DNA of 64,000 bases from Octopus sinensis (GCF_006345805.1 NC_042998.1:90024001-90088000); one strand, 5' to 3'; counted from the first letter of the stretch, positions 27,303 to 41,087 are shown. The notes: generated from the letters alone by a model not told the origin. Numbers and translations are program-made.

Positions 27303-28929
27303 CTAAGATCAGGAACTATTTGCTTTGTTTATGGAATGCTCAACATGAGGAAGGCATTCAATTGACTCAGTTTATTAAACAATGTATCTATTATGTATTA
27401 ATTATCCTGATTACTACATTTATTTTTTTACTGAATCATGTATGATTGTTTTCTGATACGTCATTTCAAAATCTCAATAAGTTTCTTAAAGTCTTGTTTT
27501 ATTCTTTGATTTCTTTGAACAGTTATTTACACAGAAGTAATAGTAATAAAAGATGAACACTAAATTACGTGTGTTGTATTATACTAGGATTTTTTTTTGT
27601 TTTGTCGTATCTAAATATTTAGTTGCCCGGAACAGACTTTTGTCTCTGTACCTAAACCAGGCCAGACGGAGGAGTTTTAAATAAACACTGTTATTTTTAT
27701 AGCAAGGGTTCTTGCATTTTCGAACGGTATTGTACATAAAATCTTCATCGTTTTTAGCACTAACCTTTTAAAATTAGAATAATTTGAAGTCAAAAGGAAT
27801 TTCGGTTGTTTGTGTTAGCAAAACTAAATTGGTCATTCCGTACAAGTTTGAAATAAAAATAGATGCCAAATGAACTCTGATCATTTCTTTGGGAGGTATG
27901 ATTCTTATAGTGCGAAATTTACAGGAAACACATCAGACAAACGCGTTGCAGAAGCTGCTTGTTTAAAATTCTTTGTTACTTCAGAAAGGAGAATAAATGT
28001 CATTCTCAATAAACAATGAACTGACTAAAACACTGCGACATTTATGATGTAAACATGGAAGCGAGGTCAATGAAATAAAATGTAATTTTAATAAAACTTC
28101 CTCAGTTTACACTCTACCAAATTCAAAGTAAAATGACTCCAAAAACATTATTAATTCATACATTTCCAGGAGAAACCTTTTGTTTCTTACATCTTCTGAC
28201 ACTAAGTGGATTAAATTCATCAGGTTATCTGGCCATTATAAATACAGAATACAAATACATCATAAATGACATTTAAAACGAAACCCTTCTTAGTAAAAAA
28301 AAAAAGTTGTTATGTATTCACAAGAATAAAATATTTGTAACCTTTCTGTGCCGTCTTGCAACATTACCTAAATATATTATTTCCGTGTTACCATTATAGG
28401 ATAAATGAAATATGATTTTTGTACTTCCGAAAATCTAAGAACAAAATAGGTTTAATTGCTTTAGAGATGATCGAAAATTCAGTATATCTGTAAAATCTAC
28501 TGTTTGTTATATGCAGAGAGCCTCAGAATATACTAGCTTCGGAAATCGAATATAAATGTGGTGGGGGTGGAGGTTATAAATTTGTGCGTGTATTAGAGAG
28601 AACGTGGAGACAGGCGCACGCACTGAGAGAAAGAGTGGGGGACGATGAAGGGACGGAGAGAAAGAAAGTTATTTTGAAAATATATAAATACGGGGACTTG
28701 GCATAGTCGGAAAACTGAGAGAGTAGTTACAAGGCTTCTTAAAAGAGAGAAGCCAATAGAGCCCTCTCCACGGACAGTGGGGCCGCTGCAGCTTATAGTG
28801 TCCCTTTTGGACATGCCTTCAGTTACACAGACAGCCACAAGCATTCAAGGATATTTCCGATGCTAATCTTCTATAGAAAGATCTAGATGGCACATATAAA
28901 TGAGCTGAAGATTGATATAAGCAACAATT

Positions 28930-29560
28930 CCTTGTTTCACGTACATATCACCACCAAGATGGTGACAGTGTACAGGCGAATGGCGGGATGGATTCTGAGA
29001 ACTTTCAGAACAAGGGACCAGAAAACCATGCTGGTTCTATAGAGGACATTTGTACTCAAACGTCTAGACTACTGCTCTCAGCTGTGTTCACCCCACAGTG
29101 TCGAATTAATAGCGGATTTTCAGGCAGTTCAGCTGCACAACACCTGAAAGATTGCATCAATTGAACAGCTGAGTTGCTGGGAAATTCTGAAAGAACTATA
29201 TCTCTACTCCCTGGACTGAAAGGGGGAGAGGTATGCAATAATATACGTATGGAAGGTCCTGGAGGGGTTGTCACCAAACTTTGGCATTGAGAGCTATACC
29301 AGCTCCTGAACTGAACTTTACTGCATTATCCCGTCTAAAGTAAGAACCATGCACTGCAGTAGCTGGAATTCAAGAGCCCACCGCCATTTATTGCCTTGTC
29401 AAAACATCTGAAGGATCTTCATGAGTAAGAACAGAAGTTTTTAAGAAAAAACTTGACCTCCTGCTGCCCAAGGTCCCAGATGAACCTACATTACGGCAAG
29501 AAACTCAAAAGAGGAGAGCAATGTCGAGCTCCCGCTTTCATCAAAAGCCAGTCGCATAAG
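28930..29560 (+). mobile_element. CR1-group LINE 3' fragment (decayed)
   Basis: MAGWILRTFRTRDQKTMLVL..RLDYCSQLCSPH..YLYSL..ERYAIIYVWKVLEGL. Confidence 0.85.
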
Positions 29561-29897
29561 AATGGCCATTGAACAGGTGCTTAGAGTAAGGTGCACCAGG
29601 ATAACTACAGCTTGTGGGCTGAAACACAAAAGAATAAAAGAAAAGAAATACTATCTAACCATATGTGCATCACTTTTGTTGCATATATATATGTATATAT
29701 ATATATACATACATATATCAGATATTAGCGACGGATGCAGCATTATCACCGAATGTCAGTGTATCCTACTTAATGTGGATGTAGTATAAGAATGCTGTGG
29801 CTCCGCAATATATATAACATACAATATGATATATGATATAATATAATATGTAATATAATATAATATATAATGTAATAGCAGTATCATTAAAATATCA

Positions 29898-30305
29898 GTA
29901 TCGTCGGTTCCTAGGGAACTCCCATATCAAAGTGGCGATAAACAATACTTTTTGGTTCGTAAACTGCTTCTGGTTCGAACAGAGATTTGCTAGTTACGAG
30001 ATCAGAGATTATATGACACTGTATACATTGACTATACATTGACTAATATATATATATATATACATAGACTAATGCCATGCCTAGCAAACGAGTACCCACC
30101 ACTGAAGTGATCCAATAAGATCGAAATCACGTGACTTAGTGATCTCTGAGCTAGGGTAACAGGAGTTCTCTCCCGCTTCCAATGAATATCGATCGAGTGC
30201 GAGAGCGCAGTGAATAACCAGCTGGAGGAGATGTCTTCCTAAGGTTAAAATAGTGGTATCGCCGGTTCTCAGTGAACACACACGTTAAAGTGGCAATAAA
30301 CACTA
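29898..30305 (+). repeat. Partial tandem of Penelope-type termini with a hammerhead relic
   Basis: GTATCG.CGGTTC..AAAGTGGC.ATAAAC repeated near 29898 and 30255; relic at 30097-30141. Confidence 0.5.
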
Positions 30306-30340
30306 CTTATATATTTTGCTTTAGTATGTGTATGTATATG

Positions 30341-30398
<58 letters not shown>

Positions 30399-31332
30399 TA
30401 TATATATATATAATATATATATATATAGAGAGAGAGAGAAAGAGAGAGATTTACCATCAACGTGTATATGCATATGCATGTATGTGTGTATGTGTGTGTG
30501 TGTGTGGTGTGTGTGTGTGTGTGTGCGTACGTTATGTATACTAGAAGTGATTATGCTAAACACAGGCCTTTCACGGCTGGTGAGATTCACACATCATGCA
30601 TTTACTTCGAGCGTCTGTGAGCCGACAGCCGACAAGTAAAAATAAACATAACCAGAAAATAAATTATGAAACATTGGAAGCAGCAGTTAGTGTAGGACTT
30701 CGCGAGCGAGACATTGTAGGGTTAGTGAGAGATAGAAATAGACGTCTTGAATGAGATTAAGTGGAGACAATATGTAAGCTAGCTGAGTGGGAAAGGGTGC
30801 TATGAATAAAGCGTCATTTGTAAAGCTCTTCAGTCTATCTGAAGAAGTTTATATATGTACAATGCCTAGTTACTTTTGCTCGTTTATCCTGTATGATCAG
30901 TCAGCTTGAAGAATGGCATATTGTTAGTGGAGAATTTGCTATTTGATTATGATAAGATGATGTCCCTGTAAATTTATTTCAGATTTTAGTTTTTATCAAC
31001 AGGAGTAAGCACATTGGAAAGAGAATAGCTATTGCTGTCCTATACTCCATGGAAATAGGATTTTCACTCAATTTTTTGAACAGAGCTCTGTTTTGCCTCC
31101 TCTAGAAATACTTCCTTCTCTCTGCCCAAACAACTTTCTAATTCCAAAGCCTATTTGAATATTACCATGGACATAATGTTTAAGGTTGCATAGATTGTAC
31201 AGTACACGAAGAGGTGATTTATGATACTTCGACCGAAACTGTTTTGCGCTAGTTCGCATGCAACGAGGGACCGATTCAGCCTTTAATCATTCAAGAGTAA
31301 GTAACACATGGTATAATATAACACGCGCACGC

Positions 31333-31365
<33 letters not shown>

Positions 31366-32742
31366 TTGTATGTTATTATGGTATATCAGTTTGTGACGAA
31401 TGGCTATACTCTACTTCAATATTAGTATTGCATCTTATCAAAACAGATTAATATTAAATCGTAAACTATAAAGAATCTGTCCTTTATTCCCTGATATTCT
31501 TTTTTTCTAAGACTCGATGCCACTTCGTTGCGCCTACTTTCTTTCTATACAGCCCACATAATTAGCTATGTAGTTTTACAAATCTTCATAAATATGAACA
31601 TTTATTTCCTTCTGAGTGAACACTGCCAATAAATAAAATTTAAATTAGTGTCCCGCGATTTGTTAACTCGCTTAATTACCAGTATAAACTTTGTATGTGT
31701 GTTGTGAGTCTGGAAAGTTTAAATTGGAATGGATTCTGAACATTCAGGAGCATTAGAGTCGATACTTCAAACCTGCAGTGTATTCGTTAACATGTCTTAC
31801 CTATAACCTTCACAGATAAGCAGCATCTCTTGGTGGTACTGATTTAATACTAGGAGGATTGAACTTGAAAATGGTAAGTTTCTTAACTCAACATTGAGCT
31901 GATTACTGGAAACGAAATGTTGAGTTTCAATCAGTAATTGCTATCTCGTTTGCGAAAGAAACAATATAAACTAATAAATTTCATGCAGTCTTGAAATTAA
32001 AGGAGAAAAAATAACAAGGAATATTTAAAATAAAAACTTTATCTGAACAGAAATCCGAAAGCATGTTTTAATGAGATAAATAGGTTGTCACGTTCTCCAA
32101 CCGTTTGTCCAGTCCGATGGAACCTATTTTTGTAGTTTAAACAATTCGGTACTAGTGTCGAACCGGTCGTTGATGTCTGTAAAGACTACAACCGACCTCC
32201 TGCTGAGAAGACGTACAATACGTTGAATTCATTTAAGATTCTATCGACATGGCGCCAAACTGCCAAAATAAACCATTCACAAAACTGACATCTTTATTTT
32301 CTGAACAAAACTCTACTTTCGCTCCGTTCATTTGTCTATTTGTCACTGATATTATTACATGTAATCACACATTTTTCATTTATTTTTTCTCCTTTTATTC
32401 TCTCTTTATTCAGATGACTGTCTATCTATTTTTAACACTCACACTCATGCTTAGGCTATCATTTTCTCTCTCTCTTTTCTTTCTCTTTCTCTCTTGCCCT
32501 CTCTCCCTTATTCTCTCGCTCTTAAACTGCTATTTTCTTTCATTTTTCTTCTTTTAGTTTTAATCTATGTTATTTAGCTATATATTTATTTTTTAAAATT
32601 TACTCTCCTTATTCTGATACAAAAATTTTAATCAAACAGAGAAAGTTGAAAGATCAACACTGAGGTAAATGATTAAGCCAAAAACTTCTAAGGGCAATGT
32701 TTAAAATTACAGAAAATTTTAAAAGTATAATTTTAAATTATG

Positions 32743-32926
32743 GGCGTAGGAGTGGCTGTGTGGTAAGCATAAGCGTAGGAGTGGCTTACGAACCACATGG
32801 TTCCGGGTTCAGTCCCACTGTGTGGCACCTTGGGCAAGTGTATTCTACTATTTCTACTATAGCCTCGCCCCGACCAAAGACTTGTGAGTGGATTTGGTAG
32901 ATGGAAACTGAAAGAAGCCCGTCGTA

Positions 32927-32969
<43 letters not shown>

Positions 32970-32987
32970 ATATATATGTGTGTGTGT

Positions 32988-33022
<35 letters not shown>

Positions 33023-33106
33023 ATGTATGTATGTATGTGTGTATGTGTGTGAGTATATGCTTGTGTTTGTGTTTGTTCCCCCCCCCCAGCATCGCTTGAC
33101 AACCGA
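32743..33106 (+). mobile_element. SINE family B, 3'-truncated, with duplicated head
   Basis: GCGTAGGAGTGGCT occurs twice, followed by the standard body. Confidence 0.88.
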
Positions 33107-33253
33107 GTATACGTTGTATGTTTTTAGCATTACATGTATCTGATATTTGTATACATGTACATTTGTAGATAATAGCCCTATAAATCTTATATTTGTATAT
33201 ACATGTGCGTGCGTGCGTGCGTGCGTGTGTGCGTGTGTGAGTGTGTGTGTGTC

Positions 33254-33310
<57 letters not shown>

Positions 33311-34021
33311 GTGGTGTGTGTGTTTATCTTGCAAAATAGGCAACTGGTTGGTACTTCATGCTCAGAAGAGAAGGATTATCATATCCTAGATCTTTTGCTG
33401 GGTCAAAAATTGTGTTGAGGTGTAGAGGTCTGTATCTGCATCCGACTATCTGAGCAACTAAAATAGTGTAAGTATAGTATATGGTACCAAGCCATAGTCG
33501 CTCGCGAGTGAAGGCTACCTGTGAACTGTCAACTGGATGCTAAAATGAAAGATACATATATAGTCAATCTTTTTTTTAATTTTTGTTTGCTTTAGAGGGT
33601 GAGAATATACTTCTTTCAAAATTTTTATAAATTTATGATCAGATTCCGATCTCTATAACAAGGAAATCTAATTCATAAATTATATAATAAAACTTCCGCA
33701 TGCTCAGTACACCACTTAGAAATAGCAGCTACATATACCTCAATTTGCAACCTACAGTTTTATGAAAGAAGTGGCATATAGGGTAATGTGATCTCGAGTT
33801 CACTGTAAGTAGGAATAAGAAAAGCTAGTTCCGGCTGGAAAGCCTTTTATCAGAAGTCTTCTTGATCAGATCTGACCTGGGGCTAAAAAAATATAACAAC
33901 GGCTATGTTTTAATGTTATAAACTCTTCCGCCTCCTTTAATAATAATAATAATAATAATCTCTAAAAATGATAAAAGCCAAATCTCGAACAAAAGAATTT
34001 TAGTTATAATTGCCACATATT

Positions 34022-34086
<65 letters not shown>

Positions 34087-34181
34087 TAATATATATATAT
34101 ACGTCTGTGTATATGTTTATATATATATACATGTATACATTCACATATATATATATACATATATATATGTATATATACGTG

Positions 34182-34235
<54 letters not shown>

Positions 34236-34498
34236 TAATATATATATATACGTCTGTGTATATGTTTATATATATATACATGTATACATTCACATATATA
34301 TATATACATATATATATGTATATATACGTGTATATATATTATATATATATATATATATATACATACATATATACATATATACATATATATGTGTGTGTGT
34401 GTATATACATACGTCTATGTATACATACATACACATATACATACATATGTGTGTGTATGCGCAGACACACGCACACACACATATAAATATAAATGTGT

Positions 34499-34536
<38 letters not shown>

Positions 34537-35462
34537 TGTGTGTGTGTGTGTGTGCGTGTGTACTGTATATGAGGGAAAATATTTAATAGCACAATGTAAC
34601 AGGGAAATATTTTCGTAACAACTATTCTTTGACGTTAAAGACAAAAAAAAGGAAAGGAAATCACGCCATAATAGTGCTGTTTTGTCGGATGGCACGTGAT
34701 AGGACCTTTTAATGTCGAGTGGAATGTTCAGTTCCTTCCGGTAAACACTAAATTTCCTGCCTGCGTTTCCCATTCAACAAAGGCCTGCCACATGCCTGTT
34801 CACCGTAATGACATTTGTAGGCAGAAATGATGTCGGTTGGAGTAAAATACGCTGCTTTCAACTTTATATAGTGTCCAACACCAACGTAATTTGTTTTATT
34901 CAGTTCCTTTCTGTGTCATTAGTATCTCAGTTACATGAGCCAATGAGAGAATCTCTTGGTAGTTTGTAGCAATAGCAGCTAAAATCCCTCAAATCAATCT
35001 CCCACCGTCTATAAAATAGGGAAGTTACATTAATGTAGCCTTATAAGTACTACGAAAAAAGTAATACTGAATGGTTGCGATCGGAGTGCATTAGATCATC
35101 GGTTTACAAAGCAGACCTTATTCTCGGTATCAGCAATTACAGCGATTCGTATAGTGCCATATGTGATTCTAGGATTTTAGACATATATATCATACACACT
35201 AATTTATAACTCAGTGATAAAACATTCAACTCAGAACTTCAACATTTCAAGCTTAAATCCCAAATTTTCGTTAATATATTCCGTAAATTCAACAGATAGC
35301 TTTCCGTGAAGAGCTATATCGCAGCGAAGATATTTAAACTAAATGGGTTTACCCAACCACAAAAACCACAAGTCATGAAGTATCGTATAAAAGTTTCCAC
35401 TTGAAAGCGAACGACAGTAATTTCTAGATACAAATACAAAAAAAAAAACAAATGTTACGCTA

Positions 35463-35570
35463 CTTATAAATCAAGAAGTCATGGGTGTAGCTTGGTCACT
35501 TATAAATCAAGAAGGCATGAGTGTAGCTTGGTCACTTATAAATCAAGAAGTCATGGGTGTAGCTTGGTCA
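35463..35570. repeat. 36-bp x3 tandem repeat
   Basis: Unit CTTATAAATCAAGAAGTCATGGGTGTAGCTTGGTCA, no spacers. Confidence 0.95.
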
Positions 35571-37855
35571 TTAAAATTTGATTTTTGCCGTTAGTATTAT
35601 ATAACAGTTTTTAATTGTCAGAAGGCAAGCAGTTTTGTGGATAAAGGAGTTAGACAATTCCATCGATGTTAATTTTTTTTATGAACGCCAGAGAGATGAA
35701 AAGTAAAATTGACGCCCATTAGGATTTGAATTGAGAGTGTAATGAGTCAGAAATACTGTAAAGCATTTTCCTGGAACTCTTACGATTCTACCCACTCATC
35801 GTCTGTTAATTCTGCTCAATAATTGGGCTATTAAAAAACTTGTATGCTTATGAGGCGGAGGTTATTTCCAGAAATCAAATATAGTCAGAATACTTAATAG
35901 TTGTCATCAGTAACAAATGGATATTAAACAGAGTGGACATAAAATCAGGTGTTATTTTAATGAAACTGGCTGACTCAGTTTATTTTCTTTCGCAAGTCTT
36001 TTGGATGAATACAGAGGAACATATAGCAATAATTATCTGGGTAATCCTATAAAACTTGTCGATTAACTTTCAGCATTTCGTACCCAGACATGTTTAGAAT
36101 ATTAACGTGTATCTGTTAACAGATTTTCGTTAATGATTTTACTCACAGTATAAACCTCCCCAGACATACATACATCAGTACATTTCATTCGTTACGTACA
36201 AAATGTGTTCCCTAAGTCTACGTATCATCTTATCTATTGTTCCTGCTTTGTCGAATTGCCTTTCAAATATATTTCTGATTTCATTGTACGTCTTTCCTTG
36301 GTTCACCACATAACCATCGGTACACACTCATCTGTATTCTTCCTAACGGCCAACAATCGAAAAACATAAATTGAGTCATTTTAATACAATAGTATCTGAA
36401 TTTATGTTCACCCTGTGTAAATAATTTTGGAGTAACCACATATAATGGTTCTTTCAACATTATTACGTATAAACTGCAGTAGAATAGTTGATTGAAAAAT
36501 ATAGAATTCTATTGAAAAGTAGAAATAGAGTTGAAATTTAAAATGAATGGAATTGGAAAGAAAATAAGAATAAAATTGTGATTTTCTACATCGTTAGAAT
36601 TTGTAATTACAATATTTATATATCTACATTAGATACTGCATGGTCGAATGAGTTTGTTTTGCAATTGCAAAGTCCTGACTTTAGTCTCACGTTTGGGAAT
36701 AAAAGCAGAGTGGAATTTAGTAGAAAGAAACTGTTTGAATACAATCTATGAGAGGTAGGCCCCGAAACGGCACGCATTCTCTCCTGATGAACCCATACAC
36801 TTGCTAGCTTCCGGTATACGGAGCTTTTAACTGGTACCACTTGCATGTGCAAGTTGTTCGCAAGACATCTACACATTACGAAAAACGACGCTTAGTGACC
36901 AATCGAAACATTATGTAGATAAGAATGACTCTCTATCGGCTTCAACAATCAATATTCAGTTGTTCTCTCAACAAAACTGCTTCATGAATCAATTTTTACG
37001 TGAGTGGTTGAGCATTCTACAGACATGTGTAACTCTACGTAATTCTAAGGCGGAATCAACATGGCGCTCTGTGTAACAAAACAAATGCAGGTATCAATCA
37101 TCCATTCGACAGGATTCCACACAATTTTCGTCTACCGAAATTCGCTCCTTAGGCATAGGCTGACCCGAGAATATGTTAAAAGGTTGTATTCCAAGTAGAA
37201 GCTTTTACTCCGAAACGTTAGTGGTAAAGCCCTTTATAAATAAAAGTTCCTATGTCGAATACAGGCTGGGGCTATGTATACGCTCGGGGATCCAGCTGAT
37301 GGAAAAGTAGTAGCAATATAAATATATTGTTATTGTTAATATACATTATAATGATGAGCTCGAAAAATTATCAGTTTACTAACAACCTCTCATCTGAGAC
37401 ATTTAGACATTTAACGAATAAGAGCTATGGTACAAAAAGGAAAATTGGTGATCTATTGATAGCATCACCAATTAGAGATGGTATCAATCATGGTATTTAC
37501 CAGGTAGGTGGTGGAGTGAAGCCATCACTATTTGAAAAAGTAATACTAAATTATAGAAAATAGAATTCTATGTTATAAGTAGTAGGTATACGCGCGCGCG
37601 TGTCTGTGTGTGTGTGTGTGTAACAGTAAGTCGTCTAATACATATAGCAATGAAAATAGACTTCCACATCATTCAGTGAGTTTTGTGATACATGCTAAGA
37701 CTAATATCTTTTTACATATATGGGGCCCTGCTAAACTATACAGGATTAAACTATAGACAGCAAATTATTTTTCATGGAGAGAGTGTAAATATTTACTTCT
37801 AACTTATACGTAGACCACGGAGAATGTCTTCTATTGCATTTTCATTCGCATTTAA

Positions 37856-38508
37856 GATGTTAGTAACACTGCTTTCAAAGTTTGGCACAAGGCCAGCAAT
37901 TTTGGGGAAGGGGTAGTCGACTACATCGACCCCAGTGCTCGACTTGTTCTTATTTTATCGACCCCGAAAGGAGGAACGGTAAAGTCAAACTCGGTGGAAT
38001 TTCAGCTCAGATCGTAAAGACGGACGAAATGCCACTAAGCATTTTGTCTGGTAAAGGATGTTAGTAATATTAGCTTTAAATTTTGGCACAAGGCCAGCAA
38101 TTTCAGAGGAGAGGCTAAGTCGATTATATCAGCCCCAGTATTCAACTGGTACTTACAATATCGACCTCGAAAGGATGAAAGGCAAGGTCGACCTTGAAGG
38201 AATTTGAACTCACAACGTAAAGACGGACGAAATTCCGCTAAACATTTTGCCTGGCGTGCCAACGATTCTGCCTTACAGAGTTTAGTAATACTGGTTTCAC
38301 ATTTTGGCCCAAGGCCAGCAATTTTGAGATAAGGGGTAAGTTGATTACAGTTCAACTAGTACTTATTTTATCGACCCCGAAAGGATGAAAGGCAATGTCA
38401 ACCTCGGCGGAATTTGAACTCTCAGCGTAAAGATGGATGAAATACGGCTAAGCATTTTGCCCGGCATGCTGACGATTCTGCCACCTCTCCACTTTGGATG
38501 TTAGTAAT
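37856..38508 (-). mobile_element. Three stacked SINE family A copies
   Basis: Three reverse-oriented core-bearing units separated by a GATGTTAGTAA motif. Confidence 0.9.
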
Positions 38509-38616
38509 GATGATATTCTGGGGAAAAAATAAACCAAGTTCACGTTTCATTTATATATTTAAAATTTTTTGAAACTGTTGATAATAGGGCAAAAACAGGC
38601 CAACCACTGGTTCACA

Positions 38617-38648
<32 letters not shown>

Positions 38649-38661
38649 GGTTACGGCCGTA

Positions 38662-38939
38662 CAGAAAATTACCTTTGGTTTCACGCCTATTATTGCTTTT
38701 AGCAAAATGAGTGACTCATCAGATCTACTGCCCTGATGCAGATAGCCTCTTCAGGGCGAAAGGGGGTTTTCACTTCGGATAAACATGTTTCAGGTTTGTT
38801 CAGATTTTTTTTTCACAACCTTGCTGACCTAAACTGTATACTTACCTCCATCAATAACGAGGTTATGTACCGACAGGTCTGATGAGTCGTCCATATTGCT
38901 AAGAGCAATAATTGATGTGAAACCAATGGTTACTTTCTG
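38662..38939. ncRNA. Inverted pair of hammerhead-like motifs (arms 38662-38726 and 38875-38939)
   Basis: Both arms retain CUGAUGA, GAAA and an ACC/GGU stem III; the stem II junction is imperfect. Confidence 0.5.
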
Positions 38940-39098
38940 ACGGGACATAACCAACGACTACATTAAATATTACTGTTCAAAAATTTTCGTTCAGTGACCT
39001 TTTTATTCTTCGAAGTAATGAGCAACTGACCAAGTATGTATGTATGTATGTATGTATGTATGTATGTATGTATGTATGTATGTATGTATGTATGTATG

Positions 39099-39640
39099 TC
39101 ATTATTCAGTTTTATTTCAAGATTTCTTGCCCATAGAGGAGCCGGTTTCTAACATAGATCCAAGGCTCCTTCATTGGAATTTCAACAACATCAACAGGGT
39201 ATTTTTGCATGTATGTGTGTACATGTGCAGTATTTGAAGTCAATGCTTGTGCAGATTTGTATGTTTTGTTTTATGTATGTATTTTCATGCATATAGTTAC
39301 ATGTCTAGAGATGCGCATATAGATTTAAATGATAAACTTCTGGAAAGTTTTATACATTTTTACAGTTCCAGTGACGAATTGGATCTGTAGTCTTCGAATC
39401 AGTTTTCTCCTTTCAAGAAACCCAATTTCTCGAGATTGGTACTTAGGCAGTGTGCTATATATCCCAGTGCCTCAATAATTACTGTTATTAACCTGAACTT
39501 GTAATCTGGGTAGAGAAATTGTAGATTTCTCAATAGGTCAGCGTAGGTATTTTCTTCGTCACTGATCTTTAGCTTTATGTTAACATCCACAGGGCAGCTA
39601 ATTTCCAATTTTACACAGTTTCTCTTCTCTGTCCCAAATC
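39099..39640 (-). mobile_element. R4/Dong-clade non-LTR element, 3' fragment (restriction-like endonuclease end)
   Basis: IVIWDREEK..EISCPVDVNIKLKI..YADLLRNLQFLYPDYKF..VII(G>E)ALG; ends at a (CATA)n tract. Confidence 0.85.
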
Positions 39641-39771
39641 ACTATCTCAACTCTATTACGTCTATTCTCCTTTGTCAGATATCAGTAAATAAGAGTTACA
39701 TTCGGTTAAGGTTCTAAATGTCATATCACACTCCTTCAGATGACCTGAACGTAACAAAGTTTTTGAAGTGT

Positions 39772-39831
39772 CAGTGGGGAGAGCGGTGACAGTGGGGAGG
39801 ACGGTGACAGTGGGGAGGGCGGTGACAGTGG
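39772..39831. repeat. 18-bp G-rich minisatellite x3.3
   Basis: Unit CAGTGGGGAGGGCGGTGA. Confidence 0.9.
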
Positions 39832-40210
39832 TAATAGCAGAGGGATGACAAAAAAGGGTTTTATGGGGTTTATGTATCTGCTTGAACTTGATAACAAAAA
39901 CTAACGACAATAAAAGATCCCTGTAAATATCTTCTCCGTTCTAGACTATTCTTTATCTTTTGAATTCATTATCTTTATTAAAAGTAAATCTAGGTCGTTC
40001 TTTAAATATCTATGATTCCACTCTAATTTGAAAATATCAATAGGATAAATTATGCTTTTTTTTATATATTTATATTATTTTATATCATTTATGTAGTTGA
40101 TGTGAACAGGCAGAGTATAGATTTAATCCATCTCTCAATTGAGTATCACCTGGTATCTTCGGTGTTGTTAGTAGAATATACTCTGTTGCAAGTATTCGAA
40201 TCACTATGAA

Positions 40211-41087
40211 GAAAAAGGTAATCTTGATCTCCAACTTAACGTGAAGGTTGTGTTACAATACAGAATACTGTCTATGTTTACTTTGAGAGGACGTCTCGTA
40301 CGGATTCACCGGGCATAAAAGCACTCGACAGACAAGAATCATCTGCTAGACCGCCGAGACTGCAAAATTACATGATTTTTTCCCTGCTATGGGCTCCTCA
40401 GTGACAGATTTCCAACAGCGGCGTAACAATTGAATCCTCTGTCAATGATGCATCGAATACTAGTGTCTACTTAGGCACTGCTATCGCAAATAGCCAGTGG
40501 GCTTATCAAAAAGTAAGTAATAGCGACAGAAGCAATATTAGCATGGGGGTTTTGTGGGAAGACTGCGTCATTTACCTTGAGATCTCTCAAAACGGCTCGT
40601 GGTACATAAAAACAAACGTCATTACATCATTGACAGATGAAGATTGTCTGCTACGGCCGCCAGAAATACCAGATCACGTGATTTCCCTTAGTGACAAATG
40701 TCGAGTAGCAGCATAAAAGCACTCCCCAATAAATCATTGACAAACGAAGAACCCATAGCAGGGGGAAATTAGGTGATCTGGCAGTTCTAGCGTTCGTCTG
40801 TCAATGATTTAATGAGGAGTACTTTTATGCTGCCGCTCGACATTTTAATGAGGAGTACCTTTATGCTGCCGCTCGACATCTGTCACTGAGAAACCCGTAG
40901 CAGGGGAAATCACGTAATCCGACATTTCTGGCGGGCGTAGCAGACGATTTTCATCTGTTAACGATGTAATGACGTGTGTTTTTATGTACCACGAATTCTT
41001 TTTGAGGGATCCTCTCAAGGTGAATAATGGAGCATTCCGTGTTCCAACACAGCCCCCACGTTCAGTTGGAGATCGAGATTACTTTTT
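40211..41087. mobile_element. CpG-rich palindromic non-autonomous element (foldback/MITE-like), nested or rearranged
   Basis: Outer inverted ends near 40211-40290 and 41000-41087; inner arm 40541-40750 mirrors 40785-41060; repeated TTTCCCCTGCTA(C/T)GGG blocks; 36-bp duplication at 40808-40879. Confidence 0.7.

Noticed and set aside
28150-28235. Minus-strand CUGAUGA...GAAAC
   Set aside because: Stems I and II do not pair; an alternative GAAAC/GUUUC hairpin sequesters the core.
35463-35570. 36-bp repeats as a CRISPR array
   Set aside because: Units are contiguous with no spacers, there are no cas genes, and the context is eukaryotic.
36760-36800. GAAAC...CTGATGA as a type II hammerhead
   Set aside because: Stems I and III cannot be formed.
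36633-36890. Alternative genetic code (TGA=Trp) making plus-strand relics open
   Set aside because: TAA/TAG stops occur too, and TGA arises readily from CGA/TGG decay; there are no mitochondrial or bacterial gene signatures.
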